A program made the translations under genes and the position numbers. From Candidatus Poribacteria bacterium (GTDB lineage Bacteria > Poribacteria > WGA-4E > UBA9662), in assembly GCA_046582655.1 (NCBI GenBank), contig JAYGDX010000210.1:13030-77029 (forward strand): a stretch of DNA of 64,000 bases. The letters run 5' to 3'. The first letter of the stretch is position 1. Every line of letters starts with the position of its first letter. The notes below the pieces were generated by a model. That model searched no databases and was not told where the DNA came from. It saw only the letters and a list, made by a program, of their open reading frames with translations. Shown piece by piece: positions 58,570-64,000 of this stretch.

Positions 58570-60144
58570 TTATCCTATTTCTGGAATTTCGAGGATGCTG
58601 GCGCCATCCACTGGACTGCAAATTTCAATAAAAGGAGGGATTTCCTTTGGTTCAAAATACTGATGTGTGAGTACATCTACAAGTTCATCAACGTGATCCA
58701 ATTGAACGAGAATTGAGATACATCCGCCAAGTCCCGCGCCAATCAGTCCTGCACCATGAACACCACGATTTTGACGAGCAAAATCAACTAGCGAATCAAG
58801 TTCTGGACAACTTGCAGCATATGCACCTGGTTGCCTATAGATTTGTGCGCTGTCATAATTTTCATCCTTCTCTAGAAATGATATGCACTGATCGAGATAC
58901 ACATTGCTGATATCAGGTTCAAACCGATCTGTTCCGTTGATGGATACACGATCTCCTTCATGGGAAAGATTGATTAACTCACCGAAAATGCGGATATCAC
59001 CCAGCCGCAAAAATTTTACCGCCTTCCGGCTTCGTTCACATTCAGCTATGCCATAGAGACAAACGCCCCGAATCCGGTATCCTTCTTCCTCTTGGTAATG
59101 GCTTCGGTACAGGGTTTCCAACATATCTTCCTGACGAGGAAGCAAGGCGAAAATTTGAGCACGTGCCGCACGAATTGGCAATGTTTTAAGCATCCGGTAT
59201 AGATCCGTAGTTGGTATCCCCAAAAAACTCGGATGCAGATCTCGAAAGAGTTCAACGGGGTCAAGAATCTGAGGGTAATCCTTCTTAAGGATTTGAAGTC
59301 CGATTTTGTACCCAGCAACACGCTCATTATACGTGTTTTGAGCGGACGCAGACTTTTTCGCTTCAATCCCACAATGGCAGATAACAATTCGGTAATCGGA
59401 AGGAAATGGTGCATGCGAAACATTGATGGGCAAAAGTTCAATATGCGATATTTGCCCTTCACGTCCTAAAATTATGGCGGCATGATCTCCAATCCCGCCA
59501 CGTACCCCGATATACCATTCCGATCTACCCAGCATATCAATGAGTGTCTTGGACTCATAAGAGAGCGCGTTAATGGCTATTATGGCATAAGCTACTGCCA
59601 CGACCAACGACGAGGAAGATGAAAGTCCGGAAGCAACTGGCAGATTGCTATCAATCAGCAAGTTCATGCCACTAAAATTTTGCCGGTAAGATCCGTTCGA
59701 TTGGCGTTGATCTTCCTGAAGCATTAGGATAACTGCCTTGGCATAATCAGACCAATCAACTAGAATACCTGCTTCTTGCCGTTTAATGCTAACTTCTTGT
59801 GTCCAGATTGACCAATCAACCGGTTCTTTGGGTAAAATATCCGAAATCCGGAAGGATCTCTTTCCAAATTTTGGGTTCACGTTTTTTAAGATGACGCTGT
59901 CATCAGATCTAGGCTGGGCAATCACTCGTGTTTCACCAATTGCTATGGGGTTAACAGATCCGCCCTGATGGTCAATGTGCATGCCAATCAGGTTAACGCG
60001 ACCAGGAGCTTTGGTAATAACAGTTTCTGATTGATTGCCAAAAACGAGCCCAAAGTGATCAATTAATTTGACATAGTCAACCTTTTTATGTGCGTTGAAG
60101 AACTGTCTCCATTTTTCAAGTGAATGTTGTTTCAAATGGTGCAT
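58570..60144 (-). CDS. galactokinase-like GHMP sugar kinase
   Basis: APGRVNLIG.HID, LP.ASGLSSSS, SCPELD.LV, GAGLGG. Confidence 0.82.
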   Translation of the reverse strand: MHHLKQHSLEKWRQFFNAHKKVDYVKLIDHFGLVFGNQSETVITKAPGRVNLIGMHIDHQGGSVNPIAIGETRVIAQPRSDDSVILKNVNPKFGKRSFRISDILPKEPVDWSIWTQEVSIKRQEAGILVDWSDYAKAVILMLQEDQRQSNGSYRQNFSGMNLLIDSNLPVASGLSSSSSLVVAVAYAIIAINALSYESKTLIDMLGRSEWYIGVRGGIGDHAAIILGREGQISHIELLPINVSHAPFPSDYRIVICHCGIEAKKSASAQNTYNERVAGYKIGLQILKKDYPQILDPVELFRDLHPSFLGIPTTDLYRMLKTLPIRAARAQIFALLPRQEDMLETLYRSHYQEEEGYRIRGVCLYGIAECERSRKAVKFLRLGDIRIFGELINLSHEGDRVSINGTDRFEPDISNVYLDQCISFLEKDENYDSAQIYRQPGAYAASCPELDSLVDFARQNRGVHGAGLIGAGLGGCISILVQLDHVDELVDVLTHQYFEPKEIPPFIEICSPVDGASILEIPEIG

Positions 60145-60255
60145 CTTTCAAGGAATAGTAACGATATTAACGCATTTTACCCGAAGATAATTTTGGTGAT
60201 GGTTTGCAGGTTATTGCCATAGATTTATCAAAGTATCAGGTGCTAAGGCTATGAA

Positions 60256-61593
60256 TTATGATGTGGTATTCAGTTTGTGTGTTTCCATCTGCTGATTAAG
60301 CCGGTTTAGGTGATCTTGGTACTTCTGATTGAGCGCTAAATCATTTAATTCATTAGGGTCGATTTCCGTGTCAAATAACAAGGAGTCTTTCTGCCAATTA
60401 CTGATCAGTTTATAACGACCATCGTAAACCAGCCGCCACTTTTTCAAACCTGAAAACACGTAATTCCTATGAACATCAGTTTGTGCTTCCAATAGGGATT
60501 TCAAAGAGCTGCTATCCATTTCTTCTGGGATTTCCAAACCGGCATATTCCAGAAAAGTAGCGGTTAAATCAAGGATGGTGGTGGGTAAAGTAGAGACAAC
60601 TTGCCGGCCGACTTTCGGTCCTGATACAACCAGCGGAACACTTACAGATGGATGGTAGGGATCTCCTTTTCCCCATCGACCACGGTCACCAAGCATTTCG
60701 CCGTGATCACTGCTAAATACAATCAGTGTGTTGGATAAATCCCCGCGTTTCTCAAGTGCTCCTAAATATAATCCGATCCAGCGATCGATGTTCTCAATCA
60801 TCGCAGCGTAGTTTCGCCGGATAGCTTGATGTGTTTCAGCCGGGATTTTATCATCGTTAGGCAGTGGAAAAACCTCATTTCTGTATAGTTCAGCCATACT
60901 TTTGGTAATGTCCATAGGTGCATGCGGGCCGGTAAAGTTGACCTGAAGAAACCATGGTTGACCAATCGGGACTGAATCGATAAGGTTCAAACCATTCTGA
61001 CCGATCCAGTTATCGCAATAGGATACGTCCGGTAGAGGAGTAGGGAAAGTTGTCCCTTCTCTACCTCGTCGTTGGTCAAAATCCTGGATATGCCGTTGTC
61101 TCAGACCCTTTTCCTCAAGATACTGCATGTAGGGGCCTTGTGGTTTGTCCCGACTGCTGTTGACGCCATCCATTTTTCCTTCATTGTTAATGCCATCTGA
61201 AAAGCCCCATTCGGTCAGGAATCTTTTGCCATCTAAACCCCAGGCTGACTGACCGGAAGTGCAAGCTCCTTTATTAAGATCAAATTTTCCGCAACCTAAT
61301 ACATGGTAACCTGACTCACGGAGTTGACGATAAAAAGTATATTCGTTCAGTGGGTAGTCATCTTGGTTGTCCTTGACAGGACAACGATCATATTCCTTAC
61401 CTGAAGCCAAGGTGGCGCGACTGGGTGCGCACAGAGGTGATGCGCAGATAGTCTTGGGGAAGGTCATACCTGCTTGTTGAAGCTGATCCAAGTATGGGGT
61501 TCGTATAGGTAGATCTAGGTTATTTCCTATCCAATCGAAACGAAGTTGATCAGGAAATAGAAATAGGATATTCGGTCTGTTTTTGTTGTCCAT
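60256..61593 (-). CDS. sulfatase-family hydrolase
   Basis: RPNILF, DQLR.D, CAPSR, GK, GPHAP, SDHGEMLG. Confidence 0.88.
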   Translation of the reverse strand: MDNKNRPNILFLFPDQLRFDWIGNNLDLPIRTPYLDQLQQAGMTFPKTICASPLCAPSRATLASGKEYDRCPVKDNQDDYPLNEYTFYRQLRESGYHVLGCGKFDLNKGACTSGQSAWGLDGKRFLTEWGFSDGINNEGKMDGVNSSRDKPQGPYMQYLEEKGLRQRHIQDFDQRRGREGTTFPTPLPDVSYCDNWIGQNGLNLIDSVPIGQPWFLQVNFTGPHAPMDITKSMAELYRNEVFPLPNDDKIPAETHQAIRRNYAAMIENIDRWIGLYLGALEKRGDLSNTLIVFSSDHGEMLGDRGRWGKGDPYHPSVSVPLVVSGPKVGRQVVSTLPTTILDLTATFLEYAGLEIPEEMDSSSLKSLLEAQTDVHRNYVFSGLKKWRLVYDGRYKLISNWQKDSLLFDTEIDPNELNDLALNQKYQDHLNRLNQQMETHKLNTTS

Positions 61594-61980
61594 CTTGTCT
61601 TTGTGTATCTGCTATTTTACTTAATTATAACTCTAGCGTTTAAATCATCAGAGTGTTAAAAATGTGTTGGCTTCTCACCGATTATTTAAAAGCTGTGAGT
61701 TTCCAGACTTGATTGAGTGTTTACCTGTGATTGTAATATTACTCAGTTGATGATAGTTAGGTCACCGTTAATACGTTACAATACGATTTTTTATTCCAGA
61801 TCAGTCTCTTGATAGCCTTAGTAGAAATATAATTAGATCCTAACTGGTGTTAAAAGTTATAGTATTATTGGCGCCGTCGACTATTCGATCCTGAGAAACT
61901 GGTTTTCCAGTCAATGCTTGCTGATTGATCTAATCTTAAATCAAATTATATACTCTGTTGGAATTCTATGGTGAAGATTA

Positions 61981-62403
61981 ATGAAAATTGAAGGGTTAAG
62001 AAGTCCCCAGAAGAAAGTTGGGGGCCTATATCATTTCGGTCGTATGATTGATAAAATACGACTTTTCTATGAAGACAAACTGCCTGAAGAATATTTATCT
62101 TTCCGGGGATTATCTGCAGGTTTAGACGGACACTTATGTGGTTTCCTCGAAATTAATTATGATCAACTTGAAGAGCGGGTCAAGGCAGGTGGAACCGACA
62201 AAGAGATATTGGAATGGTGTTACGTTGATGGTCATAGACCAAATAAAGTTCAGGTTAGGATATGGAATGGTTTCGTATCGAAGATGGGTTGGCGTGATCT
62301 TTTTTTGAAATTTGTTAACAATATCAAAAAGCAAGCAGGAATAGAGGATAGGGACGATATTGTTACTTTGTTTGATTTAATTGGTTTAGATGAAGGTGAT
62401 TAG
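61981..62403 (+). CDS. DUF5069-type protein
   Basis: LRSP..KVGGL.HFGRMIDKIRL, D...C.FL, D.EILEW, FDLI..DEG. Confidence 0.7.
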   Translation: MKIEGLRSPQKKVGGLYHFGRMIDKIRLFYEDKLPEEYLSFRGLSAGLDGHLCGFLEINYDQLEERVKAGGTDKEILEWCYVDGHRPNKVQVRIWNGFVSKMGWRDLFLKFVNNIKKQAGIEDRDDIVTLFDLIGLDEGD

Positions 62404-62677
62404 GTGAATATAAATTGTAGTTTATTTTGATGCCTGTGTTGGAGAAGGTTTGATCCTAACCTTTGATAGGCAACTTTGAATCAAGCAAAGGTCCCAGACT
62501 ATACGTTGCTCCATCTGCTGATCCTAGCCGATAGTTCTCCAGTTTTTAAGCTGGTTGGGAATGCTCTTAAGAAAGTTGAGGGTCTACTGGACTAGCACTA
62601 AGAATCAACCAATGGTGAATAATGTCTACGTAAAACGGAGTTAATTTTCAGAGATCCCATATTGGCTGATTAAGTGG

Positions 62678-62706
62678 TTGACTAAGTGAAAATATTGTAA
62701 TACACT
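62678..62706 (+). promoter_or_regulatory. sigma70-type promoter
   Basis: TTGACT-N17-TACACT upstream of the LamG gene. Confidence 0.55.
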
Positions 62707-62814
62707 TAGGCGCTTATCTATGTTTTTTAAAATAGATAGTGGAAAACTATCAAATTTTAACTGTTTTTGATGCTGATTACGTTCAGAAAACAAAATAATT
62801 AGGAGTTGCAATTT

Positions 62815-63555
62815 ATGAAAAACTTCATGCTAGTTCTGTTAGCTCTGGGTTTGGTGATGACATTCGGAGTTGTCGTCCAGGCGAAAGTTACAGCACTTCC
62901 CCATGTATTTAACCTCTCTTTTAATAATCAAGGAAATCCTGGTAAAGACTCCAGCGAAAATGGCAATAACGGTGAGTTGAAAGGCGGCGCAAAGTGGGTA
63001 GCTAACGGTTACTCTGGCGGTGCCGTACAACTTGATGGCGGCGATGGCCATGTGGAAGTCGTGGTAGATGTGCCGGAGAAAAATTTCACCATGGGTGTAT
63101 GGGTTAAAACCGATGATGGTGAGGTAGGAATTTATTCTGTCCTGGATGGTGTTGCTGGCGCTGGTGGACATGACCGGCATTTCTTTTTGAGCGGCGGCAA
63201 AATCAATTTCAGGACTTGGAAAGGTCCCGCTTGGGCTACAGACAGAAATGTAGCTGATGGGAAATGGCATCATATTGCCTTAGTGGCTAAGGATGGCGCT
63301 GGACAAACAGCCTATGTTGATGGGGATAAGGTTGGAACTCATGCCTATGATCATTCTGATTTTGATTGGCAAAAACGTGTTTGGATCGGTTTTTCCAATG
63401 ACGCTGCAAAGGACTACTTCAAAGGGCTAATTGACGGAGCTTCTTATACTGCTGCGGCCTTAACAGGGGATCAAGTTAAGATGAAATTAATGGTTTCTGT
63501 AGAACCTAAAGGCAAATTAGCTAGTACTTGGAGCGTCATTAAGACCAGTCATTAA
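62815..63555 (+). CDS. secreted LamG-like jellyroll protein
   Basis: SD AGGAG; signal peptide; DSS.NGNNG, FT..VWVKT, DGKWHHIA, YVDG, FKGLID; tail VEPKGKLASTWSVIK. Confidence 0.85.
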   Translation: MKNFMLVLLALGLVMTFGVVVQAKVTALPHVFNLSFNNQGNPGKDSSENGNNGELKGGAKWVANGYSGGAVQLDGGDGHVEVVVDVPEKNFTMGVWVKTDDGEVGIYSVLDGVAGAGGHDRHFFLSGGKINFRTWKGPAWATDRNVADGKWHHIALVAKDGAGQTAYVDGDKVGTHAYDHSDFDWQKRVWIGFSNDAAKDYFKGLIDGASYTAAALTGDQVKMKLMVSVEPKGKLASTWSVIKTSH

Positions 63556-63563
63556 ATAACCCA

Positions 63564-63741
63564 ATTGATTAAAAAAACGGTGTAGAGGTGTAACATTTTT
63601 CGGCTTTCATGTATATGATCGGGACCGAGTGGTCTAAAGATCTTATTATGAAAAAAGACTCTTTACTATTGCTTTTCAGGATAGTAGTGGCGTTGTTTGT
63701 GGCCGGTTATGTTATCGTTTCTACACCGTTTTTGTTTCAAT
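63564..63741. other. intergenic element bounded by imperfect ~33-bp inverted repeats
   Basis: Perfect 14-bp core AAAAACGGTGTAGA (63573-63586) / TCTACACCGTTTTT (63720-63733), plus ATTGA/TCAAT and TAACAT/ATGTTA. Confidence 0.6.
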
Positions 63742-63798
63742 AGCTTGAAGTTTAAACAATATTCTACAATTCTCTGAACAGTGGAGGCATAAGAATCA

Positions 63799-64000
63799 AT
63801 GAGAACTTTAGCATTGGCTTTATGGATAATGAGTTTGGTTGTTGTCCTCGGAACGGTTGGTAGTGCAGCTAATAAATTTGATGAAAACTTCGTGATTCAC
63901 TATTCCTTTGACAAAGGGAAAGGGGATGAAGTTAAAGACATTAGTGGAGAGAGCAATCACGGCGAGCTGATGAACGGTGCAAAACGTGAGAAGAAAGGTA
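63799..64000 (+). CDS. secreted LamG-like protein (3' partial)
   Basis: SD GGAGG; MRTLALALW... signal peptide, then HYSFDKGKGDEVKDISGESNHGEL; runs off the window. Confidence 0.75.
   Translation, partial: MRTLALALWIMSLVVVLGTVGSAANKFDENFVIHYSFDKGKGDEVKDISGESNHGELMNGAKREKKG

Noticed and set aside
78..63273. The many short antisense or overlapping ORFs in the six-frame track
   Set aside because: They lie within well-supported genes and show no family motifs; treated as shadow ORFs.

Overview
Bacterial chromosomal window, probably from Candidatus Poribacteria or a close relative. This is an inference from its protein families: WD40 proteins with cohesin, dockerin and an 'NYPNPFNPETW' C-terminal domain, LamG proteins ending in a 'K-x-A-x-x-W-x-x-[IV]-K' tail, a DUF6785-type membrane protein, sulfatases and a PhyH dioxygenase. 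Housekeeping genes: dprA, nnr, crcB, argG, rnpA-yidD-yidC-mnmE. Other content: an ECF sigma/zinc anti-sigma/giant TPR operon, a rifampin-phosphotransferase-architecture dikinase, a YjhG/YagF xylonate dehydratase, a decayed IS982 element beside a WD40 pseudogene, a phnX cluster with no phnW, and an uncharacterised four-gene membrane operon (DUF6754-type). No rRNA, tRNA or CRISPR array was seen. The strongest leads are: (1) the four-gene membrane complex at 54985-58374; (2) a short C-terminal tail shared by unrelated secreted proteins and also found fused to the larger C-terminal domain, a candidate sorting signal; (3) phosphonate catabolism without phnW; (4) duplicated translation-start regions on the HNH and ECF genes; (5) a clamp-binding-like tail on DprA; (6) several long intergenic hairpins. 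All family assignments come from motif recognition by eye, not database searches.
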